A stretch of 64,000 nt of DNA from a virus: UHGV virus genome UHGV-0117634; one strand, given 5' to 3'. Each line of letters begins with the position of its first letter. The stretch's first letter is position 1. The position numbers and the translations under genes were made by a program. Below are positions 35,278-43,890 of this stretch, one piece after another. Under the pieces are notes generated by a model. That model made no database searches, was not told where the DNA came from, and worked only from the letters and a program-made list of their open reading frames with translations.

Positions 35278-35484
35278 ATGCAAGTACTGGTAAACTTTAT
35301 TCACCTATATGACGTTATACACTCAACTACTACAGTTGCCCAACGTAACCCTATCGTACCACGAGAAGGTGAGTGGGTAAGGATTGATGGTTGGACTTAC
35401 ACTGTAGAAAATGTCATTCACAAGTTTGATGTTTGTGGAGACACTCAAGTTATCGACGTAGAAATTGGTGGTAAGAGAAAATGA
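35278..35484 (+). CDS. hypothetical protein (68 aa)
   Basis: ORF-track ORF; overlaps ligase start. Confidence 0.4.
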   Translation: MQVLVNFIHLYDVIHSTTTVAQRNPIVPREGEWVRIDGWTYTVENVIHKFDVCGDTQVIDVEIGGKRK

Positions 35485-36581
35485 CAATTCTGTACAAACA
35501 AAACAAAGATGGTTCTTTCAACGTTTGGTCATGTGTTGCTGTAGGTGATAAAGTTGTTACAACCTACGGTAAAGAAAATGGCAAGATGATGTTCGAAGAG
35601 TACACAGCAGAACCAAAGAACATTGGTAAGAAGAATGAGCGTAATGCTGAACAGCAAGCTCTCTTTGAAGTTGCTGCTAAGTACAAGAAGCAAGTTGACC
35701 GTAAAGGATACGCTTACACAAAATCTGAAGCAGAGAATGTTGAGAAGGTTGGTGTACAGCTTGCTCAAGATGCTTCCAAGATAAGTCATAAGAAATATTT
35801 GAAGTTCCCTGCTGACGCTCAACCAAAACTTGATGGTGTTCGTTGCAGGATTTCAAGGAATACTGATACTGTAAGCTTCACAGCTTATTCTCGTGAGAAT
35901 ACGGTATATAGCATACCTGAAGAGTTAATTCCTGATGTTCTTCTCATGTTGAAGCTTCACAAAGATGTTAAAGACTTCGATGGTGAGATTTATGCTCATG
36001 GTTGGGACTTAGAAGATATTGTTTCGATGATTAAGAATGCTGACAATCCAGACCGTCACCTTCTTAAATTCTACTGGTATGATATCTGTGACAAGACCAA
36101 ATCTTGGCCTGAGCGTCGTGAAGTTATTGACAATTCGCCAATCGTTGAACTCGGTGATGCTTGCAGGGTTGTACCTGTTCAGACAATACGTGTCAACTCT
36201 TGGGAAGAGTTTGATACTGCTCATGACAATTGGGTTAAGCTTAAGTTTGAAGGGGCAATGTATCGCTCAATCTCACCAGATTCGTTCTATGAGTGTAGTC
36301 ACCGTTCATACTTCCTGATTAAGCATAAGAAGATGCACACACAGGAATTTAAAGTAACTGGTGTAAAGACTGATAAGCGTGGTCATGGCAAGTTCGTTGT
36401 AGAAACACTTCCTAATGTCTTTGTAGATGTTTCATGGAAGACTACACACGAGAAGAAACAGTATCTTGCTGAACATCCTGAAGAGTTTATCGGGAAACCT
36501 TTGACTGTTCAGTTCCAGAAGATGACTCGTAAGGGTTCTTTACAGTTCCCTGTTGGGCTAGTAATTCGAGACTATGAATAG
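35481..36581 (+). CDS. ATP-dependent DNA ligase (T7-like)
   Basis: Adenylation motif I KLDGVR; size 366 aa. Confidence 0.85.
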   Translation: MTILYKQNKDGSFNVWSCVAVGDKVVTTYGKENGKMMFEEYTAEPKNIGKKNERNAEQQALFEVAAKYKKQVDRKGYAYTKSEAENVEKVGVQLAQDASKISHKKYLKFPADAQPKLDGVRCRISRNTDTVSFTAYSRENTVYSIPEELIPDVLLMLKLHKDVKDFDGEIYAHGWDLEDIVSMIKNADNPDRHLLKFYWYDICDKTKSWPERREVIDNSPIVELGDACRVVPVQTIRVNSWEEFDTAHDNWVKLKFEGAMYRSISPDSFYECSHRSYFLIKHKKMHTQEFKVTGVKTDKRGHGKFVVETLPNVFVDVSWKTTHEKKQYLAEHPEEFIGKPLTVQFQKMTRKGSLQFPVGLVIRDYE

Positions 36582-36589
36582 AGGCCAGT

Positions 36590-36739
36590 ATGTTTAGTGC
36601 AATTGTTCTGTTTATATTTGTTGTTTTATCATTGGCTTACTTCACAAGTAAACTCTTAAGTATAACATACAAAGCAGCCTTAGCCTTTACTCTGTTGTCA
36701 TTTGTAGTAAATGCAGTAGTCAGAGAATTTTTAGTATAA
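36590..36739 (+). CDS. small hydrophobic protein (~49 aa, not in ORF track)
   Basis: MFSAIVLFIFVVLSLAYFTSKLLSITYKAALAFTLLSFVVNAVVREFLV; GAGG RBS. Confidence 0.35.
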   Translation: MFSAIVLFIFVVLSLAYFTSKLLSITYKAALAFTLLSFVVNAVVREFLV

Positions 36740-36744
36740 AGTTG

Positions 36745-36772
36745 TTGACATGAAGAATCTGACGGGTATACT
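36745..36772 (+). promoter_or_regulatory. sigma70-like promoter (TTGACA-N16-TATACT)
   Basis: Near-consensus hexamers ~50 nt upstream of 36823 ORF; inverted repeat TCTGACGGG...CCCGTCAGA brackets the -10 and leader. Confidence 0.55.
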
Positions 36773-36822
36773 GCCTATATAGAAAATTATATATTAACCC
36801 GTCAGAAATCTCGGAGGTAGTT

Positions 36823-37203
36823 ATGAAAAAGTTACTTGTTGGTGTCATTGCTCTTGGTATGAGTTTTAGTGCAGTGGCTATGAAGATGCCTGAAGCAAAC
36901 TTTAATGGTGTTGCTTTAGAGTCTTGTAAGATTGTACAGAAAATTGCATCAAATGCTGGAGAGTTAACTAAACCGTTATCTGCTCCAACTGTTCAAGAAA
37001 TGACTGATAAGATGGTTGACTACAATTACCATTTTATGGGTGATTACTATGACAGATTAGCAGATGAGATGGTCACCCAGAATGTCGATGTTCTTGACAG
37101 CAAAGGTATCGAAACTGTAGAAGATGTGAAAGATAATTTTATGCGTGAGTCTTTCAAAGGTGTCCAATATTTTATTGAAAATCGTAACTGCATAGGTTTA
37201 TAA
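36823..37203 (+). CDS. secreted/periplasmic protein (signal peptide), function unknown
   Basis: MKKLLVGVIALGMSFSAVA signal peptide; GGAGG RBS. Confidence 0.5.
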   Translation: MKKLLVGVIALGMSFSAVAMKMPEANFNGVALESCKIVQKIASNAGELTKPLSAPTVQEMTDKMVDYNYHFMGDYYDRLADEMVTQNVDVLDSKGIETVEDVKDNFMRESFKGVQYFIENRNCIGL

Positions 37204-37205
37204 TC

Positions 37206-37409
37206 ATGAAGAAGAACATCTGTAGAACAGACTATGGTGAAGTGGTCGATGATGACGGAGTAGTTATTTACAGAGTTTGGGCTAATGATTTTTCAACCCT
37301 TGTAGAGTCTTTAGATAACTACATCAACGGGACTCGTGAAAACGTCAGAGCAACTAATCTTGATTCGTTAATAGACACTTCTCGAAAGCGGAGAAAGAAA
37401 GATGAATGA
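37206..37409 (+). CDS. hypothetical protein (67 aa)
   Basis: ORF-track ORF. Confidence 0.4.
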   Translation: MKKNICRTDYGEVVDDDGVVIYRVWANDFSTLVESLDNYINGTRENVRATNLDSLIDTSRKRRKKDE

Positions 37410-37701
37410 AGTCTTCGACCCTTATGCACCTCAAGATTCTTGGGAGGCTGATAGAGAGGCTGAAATGGAGAGTTATGTCTGTCCAATGGATATAGAAGAG
37501 ATGAAAGACTTTGTATCTTTCAGATTCTCTAAAGAGATTGAGAAGCTAAAACTTTCTCAGGCTCAAGTAGCAACTGTTTGTGAAATCTCACAGAGTCGTG
37601 TATCAAATATCATTAACGACCCTCAAAAGATTTCTTTAGAGTACATGCTTAATGCTTGTACAAAACTTGGTGTAAATTTTAACTTAAGGCTGGCAGATTA
37701 A
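37402..37701 (+). CDS. helix-turn-helix (XRE/Cro-like) DNA-binding protein with acidic N-terminus
   Basis: LSQAQVATVCEISQSRVSNI resembles XRE-family HTH. Confidence 0.45.
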   Translation: MNEVFDPYAPQDSWEADREAEMESYVCPMDIEEMKDFVSFRFSKEIEKLKLSQAQVATVCEISQSRVSNIINDPQKISLEYMLNACTKLGVNFNLRLAD

Positions 37702-37702
37702 T

Positions 37703-38062
37703 ATGAAACGTGAAAATGCAATCTTTAACGATAACTTTGCAATTGGCTTCTATGGTAAACCAACTCCAGCAGAGAAGCTTTATGGTAATGCAATTCTGGA
37801 GACCTTGAAAGAGGTTTACACAACTGGTGGTATGAAGCATACTGAAGCAAACCGTGTAAGAGGTTATATGGCAATTGGCTCTGCAATCTCTAACATCAAA
37901 CTTGAAACCACCAGTGCCAAAAAGGTACGAGACCACTTCATCAAAGAGTTGTCAGAGAATCTAGATGGTGTTGATGTTAAGGCTGTCTGGTTAGATGTTG
38001 ATGGTCACAACTACACAACTTTTGTGTTTAAAAATGAGGATATCAAATGTCTCTTCCCTTAA
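37703..38062 (+). CDS. hypothetical protein (119 aa)
   Basis: ORF-track ORF. Confidence 0.4.
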   Translation: MKRENAIFNDNFAIGFYGKPTPAEKLYGNAILETLKEVYTTGGMKHTEANRVRGYMAIGSAISNIKLETTSAKKVRDHFIKELSENLDGVDVKAVWLDVDGHNYTTFVFKNEDIKCLFP

Positions 38063-38550
38063 AACTCGATTTATACTTTGGGTACAGTGTATTGCAAGGC
38101 AGCATACTATCACTACCAAAGTCAGATTATCGTTGTGATTTAGGTTCTGTGAAACGTGCATCACACTTTAACAACAACATCTTAGGCTTGCAGACACTTC
38201 ACAGGTGGCTTGAGGAAGATGGACGGTTGAATGAGTATCTTCACCAACTCGAACTAGCCAAAGAAGAAGGTCATATGGGCTATGAAATGCTTCCACGTCT
38301 TTACAAACCTGTAAGCCCAAATGAGATTCGTTGGAATGAGCAAGCTGTTGAGAGCTATAATAAATTTAATATAACTATTTGCTCCAGAGCTTGGAAGGAG
38401 TATATGAAACTCCGTGAAATCATCATACAGACTATTGGAAAGCGTGTAGCAAAAGGTCTTGCTTATGATGAAAAGGTTGACTGGAATACACAAAAGTGTA
38501 TAAAATTCTTCAAGTACGATAATGACAAGGATACTTTTGTAGAGGTTTAA
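38047..38550 (+). CDS. hypothetical protein (167 aa)
   Basis: ORF-track ORF. Confidence 0.4.
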   Translation: MSLPLKLDLYFGYSVLQGSILSLPKSDYRCDLGSVKRASHFNNNILGLQTLHRWLEEDGRLNEYLHQLELAKEEGHMGYEMLPRLYKPVSPNEIRWNEQAVESYNKFNITICSRAWKEYMKLREIIIQTIGKRVAKGLAYDEKVDWNTQKCIKFFKYDNDKDTFVEV

Positions 38551-38551
38551 C

Positions 38552-39067
38552 ATGAAAATTGGAATTACCCTTTGCCAGCCTGAAGCAGAGTTCTTGAAAT
38601 CAATGTTGTCTGAGCATATGAAAGCTACAAATCATACTGAGAAGACATTCTTGATTGATACAAACTATGATGCAGGAACTATTGAGTTCATCGATGAAGA
38701 CACTGCTGACTCTCTGTGTGTTCTTCCTGCTCACTTATTTACTCCAGAGCTACGGGATAGTCGTTCTATTGAAGTTAATCTGGAGCCAAGTATTGAACTG
38801 TACTCAGATACACAGTATCCAAGAAGTTTTAAAGCATTGCTAAACATCTTCATAGCTGATATTGTAGAGATTGTTAAGCAGACTGAAGGTGGTCATGTAG
38901 TAACTGCTGAGTATGAACAAGGAACTATCAAACTGACAGGTGACTTTGGTTCTATGAGTTTCTTAGACTTTGTGCCAAAACACTTTGAAGATTTTCTGTC
39001 AAGTGAAGTTGATGACCTTGATTTCATACTAAAATTTGAACGCACTTTTAAGGTAAACAAAAAATGA
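38552..39067 (+). CDS. acidic hypothetical protein (171 aa)
   Basis: Strong Asp/Glu excess; no motif recognised. Confidence 0.4.
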   Translation: MKIGITLCQPEAEFLKSMLSEHMKATNHTEKTFLIDTNYDAGTIEFIDEDTADSLCVLPAHLFTPELRDSRSIEVNLEPSIELYSDTQYPRSFKALLNIFIADIVEIVKQTEGGHVVTAEYEQGTIKLTGDFGSMSFLDFVPKHFEDFLSSEVDDLDFILKFERTFKVNKK

Positions 39068-39336
39068 AAATCTTAAGCGGAGTATCACAGTGTTACATGA
39101 ATAATGGTGAGCCAGTTAAATGCTGCCATTGTGGAGGTGAGAACTTCCAAGGTGAAGTTTCAGAGATTGTCTCTGGCAATATCGCTGAAGAGTACACCCG
39201 TTGCTGTGGATGTGGAAAGATTTTATCTTTTTGGGCTTATGGAAGTTATGAACCACAGCCTCACCTTATTTACCATCCGAACAGGATTGTGAAGCGTGTT
39301 CTAAACTGGTTCATTATCAAAGGATTTACAAAATGA
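39064..39336 (+). CDS. small Cys-rich protein (zinc-binding?)
   Basis: CCHCGG and CCGCGK cysteine clusters. Confidence 0.4.
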   Translation: MKILSGVSQCYMNNGEPVKCCHCGGENFQGEVSEIVSGNIAEEYTRCCGCGKILSFWAYGSYEPQPHLIYHPNRIVKRVLNWFIIKGFTK

Positions 39337-39878
39337 TTAAGTTAATTTTTGCAAGTGGTATTAACGGGGAGTTTGGCACAGCTACTGGAATGCCTTGGCC
39401 TCGTAATAAACAAGATATGGCAGAGTTTAAGAAGCAGACTGTTAACCAGTTAGTCTTGATGGGTAGCGAAACTTGGAAGACTCTTGGGAGCAAACCTTTG
39501 CCAAACCGTGAGAACCTTGTCTTAACAAACTCTCTTGACTTTTATGGTCTGGACTTTAAAGATGACTCTCATTGCAAAGCAAGAGTTAAGTCTGAAGCTT
39601 TTGGGGCTTTCCTAAAGTATATTGATAGTTCTATTGAGGAAGATGTTTTAGTAATCGGTGGAGCCAATATCTTAATCTCAGCTTTGCCGTATGCTGACGT
39701 AGTTTTCCACAGTGTTATTAAGGAAGTTACTGAAGAGGCTACTGTCAAGCTACCTTATGAGGGTTTCTTCCAGTGCTTGTATGACACAGAGTTATTTGCT
39801 AAAGTACAGTCCAAACCCTCAGAAGATAAGTCTGTGGTGTTTGATACCTATGTTCCACAAGTAAGAGGACGTTTCTAA
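39333..39878 (+). CDS. folA: dihydrofolate reductase
   Basis: MIKLIFASG...TGMPWPR...LVLMG DHFR N-terminal motifs; directly upstream of thyA. Confidence 0.8.
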   Translation: MIKLIFASGINGEFGTATGMPWPRNKQDMAEFKKQTVNQLVLMGSETWKTLGSKPLPNRENLVLTNSLDFYGLDFKDDSHCKARVKSEAFGAFLKYIDSSIEEDVLVIGGANILISALPYADVVFHSVIKEVTEEATVKLPYEGFFQCLYDTELFAKVQSKPSEDKSVVFDTYVPQVRGRF

Positions 39879-39879
39879 T

Positions 39880-40779
39880 ATGTCACAAGCAGATGTAAGC
39901 TACAAAGCTATTTTAAACCATGTTTTATCAGTTGGTGAGTTGCGTAAAACCCGAACTGGCTCAGTGATTTCGACCTTTGCTCCACCTGAGTTCCGTTTTG
40001 ATATGCGTAGTGGATTCCCATTAATCACCTCAAAACAAACATTTATGCGTCAAGTCCTCGGTGAAGCATTATGGTTTATGAACGGTGAAAACCAACTAGG
40101 CCATTTGCGTTACAGAACTTGGGGGGAGAACGACGGAGAGCGTTGGACTATCTGGACAGATGATTTTAAACGTTGGTTGAAAACAACCTATGCTACAGAG
40201 AATGATTGGCTGGAGGACGCTGGAGGAAGAATCTATGGGGTCCAATGGAGAGCCTACGAAGGTCATGGTGGCGTTGTTGTAGACCAGTTGAGTAATCTTG
40301 TAGAGAAGATGAGAAAGTCCCCTACAGACCGTTACATGCTCGTTAACGCATGGAATGCAGCAGATATCTCAAGTAACTCTATGGCATTAGCACCTTGTCA
40401 TGTACTTTTTCAGATTTATATCTCGAATACTAATGAGGTGGATTTAAAATGGTATCAGCGTTCTTGTGATACGTTCTTAGGGTTACCGTTTAACATCGCT
40501 TCCTATGCCTTTATCTTGGAAGTGTTGTGTAAACTGACGGGATATACACCGAGATATCTGATAGGTACTTATGGTGATACTCAAATCTACCAGAACCATA
40601 TGTCGCAGGTTTTTCAACTTCTTGGTAATGAAGAGTTTCCAGCACCTAAGTTTGAAATTCATCAAGATTTGAAGTCTCTTGAAGACTTGAGACATATGAC
40701 AGCAGATGACTTTCTAGGTGGGTTGAAAGGGTATAAACATGCTGGTAAGATTGAAGCGCCTTTATCAGTAGGTAAGTAG
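39880..40779 (+). CDS. thyA: thymidylate synthase
   Basis: Catalytic-Cys context LAPCHVLFQ, 299 aa. Confidence 0.9.
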   Translation: MSQADVSYKAILNHVLSVGELRKTRTGSVISTFAPPEFRFDMRSGFPLITSKQTFMRQVLGEALWFMNGENQLGHLRYRTWGENDGERWTIWTDDFKRWLKTTYATENDWLEDAGGRIYGVQWRAYEGHGGVVVDQLSNLVEKMRKSPTDRYMLVNAWNAADISSNSMALAPCHVLFQIYISNTNEVDLKWYQRSCDTFLGLPFNIASYAFILEVLCKLTGYTPRYLIGTYGDTQIYQNHMSQVFQLLGNEEFPAPKFEIHQDLKSLEDLRHMTADDFLGGLKGYKHAGKIEAPLSVGK

Positions 40780-40785
40780 AAACAA

Positions 40786-40812
40786 AAAAGGCTCCCGTAA
40801 AAAGGAGCCTTA
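40786..40812. terminator. bidirectional rho-independent terminator between converging operons
   Basis: AAAAAAGGCTCCCGTAAAAAGGAGCCTT flanked by A-run and T-run; lies between thyA (+) and 40816..41190 (-). Confidence 0.65.
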
Positions 40813-40815
40813 TAG

Positions 40816-41190
40816 TTATTTCTTTTTAGTGCTTTGGGTATTTTGTTCTGTAATTGCCTGCAAAGCTGATACAGATTGTGCTAAGTTGTTAACACTGTCA
40901 GAGAACTTATCAAGGGTCTTAGTCAACTTAGCGTTTTCTCCCTTAACATTCTCTAGCTGAACTTTCTGGTTCTCCATCCCTAATTGTAGGAGCTTCATAT
41001 CAGATTGTAAGTCACGAATAGCTGAATAGTTACCTTTTGAGTAACCATCCAACTGCTGTAACTTATTTGTGATAGACACTTCCTGTTTACCATCAGAGAC
41101 CTGCATTGTAGTGTACATACCAATTACACTGAAAATACCTACAACGATTGCACCAATATTATTCTTAAAAGCATCTTCAAGCCACTTCAT
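40816..41190 (-). CDS. membrane-anchored coiled-coil protein (124 aa)
   Basis: N-terminal TMD (IGAIVVGIFSVIGMY) then heptad-rich region; no embedded lipoprotein ORF seen. Confidence 0.45.
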   Translation of the reverse strand: MKWLEDAFKNNIGAIVVGIFSVIGMYTTMQVSDGKQEVSITNKLQQLDGYSKGNYSAIRDLQSDMKLLQLGMENQKVQLENVKGENAKLTKTLDKFSDSVNNLAQSVSALQAITEQNTQSTKKK

Positions 41191-41384
41191 TATTTCTCAC
41201 CTTTAAAAGCCTTTTCCAAGGTATCTACAAATTCATCATCAATAGGTGTATCTGTTTTACTCGCAAGGTATCTTGCAAGCTTAAAGAACACTTTTTCAAT
41301 CATGTATTCGCTAAGAAGAGAAAGTAGAAGCTTCCAGAAGAATGCCCCAAGATTTTTCAAGAGGATTGCTAGAATGGTTGGCAT
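41190..41384 (-). CDS. small single-TMD protein (64 aa), holin-like
   Basis: Hydrophobic N-terminus, charged C-terminus; located after tail fiber genes with its own promoter. Confidence 0.4.
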   Translation of the reverse strand: MPTILAILLKNLGAFFWKLLLSLLSEYMIEKVFFKLARYLASKTDTPIDDEFVDTLEKAFKGEK

Positions 41385-41433
41385 TTAATCACCTTACTTC
41401 TTGAGCCAAGATGGTGAGAATACCTACTAAGAA

Positions 41434-41462
41434 ATATTAACACCATCTTGACAGTTAGTCAA
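41434..41462 (-). promoter_or_regulatory. sigma70-like promoter (TTGACT-N17-TAATAT) for 41384..40816 genes
   Basis: Minus strand hexamers with 17-nt spacer; overlaps palindrome TTGACagttaGTCAA. Confidence 0.4.
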
Positions 41463-41470
41463 CAAGGTAA

Positions 41471-43846
41471 TTATGCAGTTCTTACCCAAGCCATTAGTTT
41501 AATGTAAGTGTTAAGAACACTGAATGCTGCACCAGAACCAGTTGCCCTAGTGTTACCACTGAATGTGTGGTTGTGTCTACCAATACCTACACCGTGACCA
41601 TGAGCACCTACCCAACTAGTTCTACCTGTCCAAGTTCTGGAAGCATAGAAGTTAACTGGCGCACCATAAGTGAAGTTAGAACCAGTGAAACTATGACCAC
41701 CTTGGCTACCACTCATTGCAAAAGCACCGTCTGCAAGGTAAAATGACTCATTATCACTTCTAAACCATCCAAAGTTACCAGAGATTTCCATATTACCTCT
41801 GTCGTGGTCGTGAGCACCATTAACATCTGTGTACTTAGTACCATAGTCAAACCAAGAAGTTGTTCCAGAGAAGCTGTGAGTGTGTGCAGGGATGTGACCA
41901 ACACTTAATGCAACCGTATCAGCACCACCAAGACCCTTCACATCAGAACCATTTTCAGAACCAATCCTAATAGTTCTGTTTGCACCCTCAGTTAAGTAAG
42001 TCCAAGTAGTGCCTGGGAAAGCTGTATTTGGGTTGACATTAGAAGCAAAGAACGCCACAATACCAACCGGATACACTTTCTTAAGGTCTGTAGCATCAGT
42101 TACAGCGGAAGCAATACGTTGGTCCACTTCAGCCTTGGTGTAAGCACCAAGTTCAGAGGGTGTAGGTTTGTCTTTGTCGGTGTAGATTTTAGCCCAAGCC
42201 TCTTCAAAACCAAACCCATCCCTTGCTGTTCTATAATAGATTCCAGTATTCTTGTAGTTAAATTTAAACTGTGCAGTTGGTGTAGATGCACCAACTCCAA
42301 GGTACATTTGGTAAACTAAGTGAGTAGACCCACCAGTTGAATTTGTAACACTGTACAAACCTGTTTTTGCATCCCAAGCAACACCTGTGCCATCACCTAC
42401 TTCTGTTCCAGTTCCAGATACACCAGACAACATATATCTTGAGTTTGCAGCAGATTGTGTGTAGTATCTTGAGTCAAAGTTTGACCAATCGCTTGGTCTT
42501 ACTTGTCCAACAATATTCATATGTGTATTCACATCTAAATCAGTACCAATATTGATTGCCTTTCCTGTTACATCATTGTTAAGTACCACATTGTTTTGAC
42601 CAGCATCACCAATACCCAACCACCATCTCCTGCTCCCATTAGCATTATGTGCAGACATGTAGATTCCAGAGTCTTGTACTGTTGCCTGTAGTCTAAAAGG
42701 ATTGTCGCTGTCAGTATTGATAGTCTGTGGACTAGTAAAAACGTTTGCAGCATTAGTTCTTGCAAGAACGTTCGTCAAAGAGCTTGGAACATATCTTGTA
42801 TCAAAGTTAGAAAAGTCACTTGGTTTTACCTGACCAGCTACATTGATAGCTTTGTTAAATGAAAACTCTGTAGCAATTTTCAAGTTAACATTTGTCATCT
42901 GGTTTGCTAAAACAATCTCAGACTGCGTACCATCTGGTTGACCTACATACCAAGCACCTGTCCCAGCACTGTTGTAACCACGCATAAATAATGCAGCATT
43001 CTCTGAAGCCGCTCTTAAGTTAAGTGCATTCCTATCTGCAATAACATAAGTCTTCCCGTTGAAGTTGTTAACCCCAACAAAGTTATTACTTGCATTAAGT
43101 CTTGCAAATCTCTGGTCAGCAGCAGTCTGTGTAAAGAATCTTGCATCAAGGTTGTTCCAGTTATTAGGCTGAACCTGACCATTGATTTTAAAGTTCTTGT
43201 CAACACTAACAGAGTTTGTACCAAGAGTCAACGTAGCACCTTTGCTGTTAACTAATGTAACATCAGTCCCAGAAGTCAAGTTACCAACTGTGAATCTCAA
43301 AGCATTATTTGAGTCTCTTGCTTCAATATATGCTCCACCATCTGGTAAGATGCTTTTAAGTGTCAAACCAACACCGTTGATATTAATGATTTGTCTTGCC
43401 AAGAAGGTATTTTCAGTTTCCTTCATAGCGTATCTTGCATCATTTTCAGTATTAGTTCTCATACCTAATTCATTAGGAGATGGTTTATTAAGTGTGTGAT
43501 AAACTGTTGCAGACCTTGTGGCATCATTTACAGTTAATCTTAAAGCACTTGCATTAATTCTAAAGGTCTTGGCAGTGTCACCGAGAATAACCTCAGAAGA
43601 ACCTGTTGGGTCTAATAAGTCTTTTCCACCGTATCTTAATTTGACGATGCCAAGATTCCCTGTCATATCCCCACCAGTTAGTTGTAAGAATCTTTCTAGT
43701 TTGAAAGAGGCAAGGAAATTTGCATAGGTCATTTTACGGTCTTCATCACCTAGCATATCAGACCTTTTGATAATTCTTAGGTGAAGTAAATCTTCTGAGC
43801 GAACTGTATCAATACTGTTTAGCTCACTTAGCTTATATTCAGCCAT
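41471..43846 (-). CDS. tail fiber protein (long) with C-terminal HxH-motif domain
   Basis: 791 aa; C-terminal HTHSF..FDYGTK..GAHDHD..GAHGHGVGIGRHNHTF; N-terminus similar to the adjacent fiber. Confidence 0.65.
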   Translation of the reverse strand: MAEYKLSELNSIDTVRSEDLLHLRIIKRSDMLGDEDRKMTYANFLASFKLERFLQLTGGDMTGNLGIVKLRYGGKDLLDPTGSSEVILGDTAKTFRINASALRLTVNDATRSATVYHTLNKPSPNELGMRTNTENDARYAMKETENTFLARQIININGVGLTLKSILPDGGAYIEARDSNNALRFTVGNLTSGTDVTLVNSKGATLTLGTNSVSVDKNFKINGQVQPNNWNNLDARFFTQTAADQRFARLNASNNFVGVNNFNGKTYVIADRNALNLRAASENAALFMRGYNSAGTGAWYVGQPDGTQSEIVLANQMTNVNLKIATEFSFNKAINVAGQVKPSDFSNFDTRYVPSSLTNVLARTNAANVFTSPQTINTDSDNPFRLQATVQDSGIYMSAHNANGSRRWWLGIGDAGQNNVVLNNDVTGKAINIGTDLDVNTHMNIVGQVRPSDWSNFDSRYYTQSAANSRYMLSGVSGTGTEVGDGTGVAWDAKTGLYSVTNSTGGSTHLVYQMYLGVGASTPTAQFKFNYKNTGIYYRTARDGFGFEEAWAKIYTDKDKPTPSELGAYTKAEVDQRIASAVTDATDLKKVYPVGIVAFFASNVNPNTAFPGTTWTYLTEGANRTIRIGSENGSDVKGLGGADTVALSVGHIPAHTHSFSGTTSWFDYGTKYTDVNGAHDHDRGNMEISGNFGWFRSDNESFYLADGAFAMSGSQGGHSFTGSNFTYGAPVNFYASRTWTGRTSWVGAHGHGVGIGRHNHTFSGNTRATGSGAAFSVLNTYIKLMAWVRTA

Positions 43847-43890
43847 TTATAAATCCTCTTTCTAGGGGCTGTGTAGCCCCTTATAAATAA

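Noticed and set aside
40816-41190. Embedded o-spanin (Rz1-like) ORF inside the membrane coiled-coil gene
   Set aside because: Alternative frames contain only very short ORFs without a lipobox.
41448-41470. Plus-strand sigma70 promoter reading of TTGACA at ~41448
   Set aside because: No plus-strand gene follows it; the minus-strand reading (TTGACT-N17-TAATAT) fits the downstream leftward genes better.
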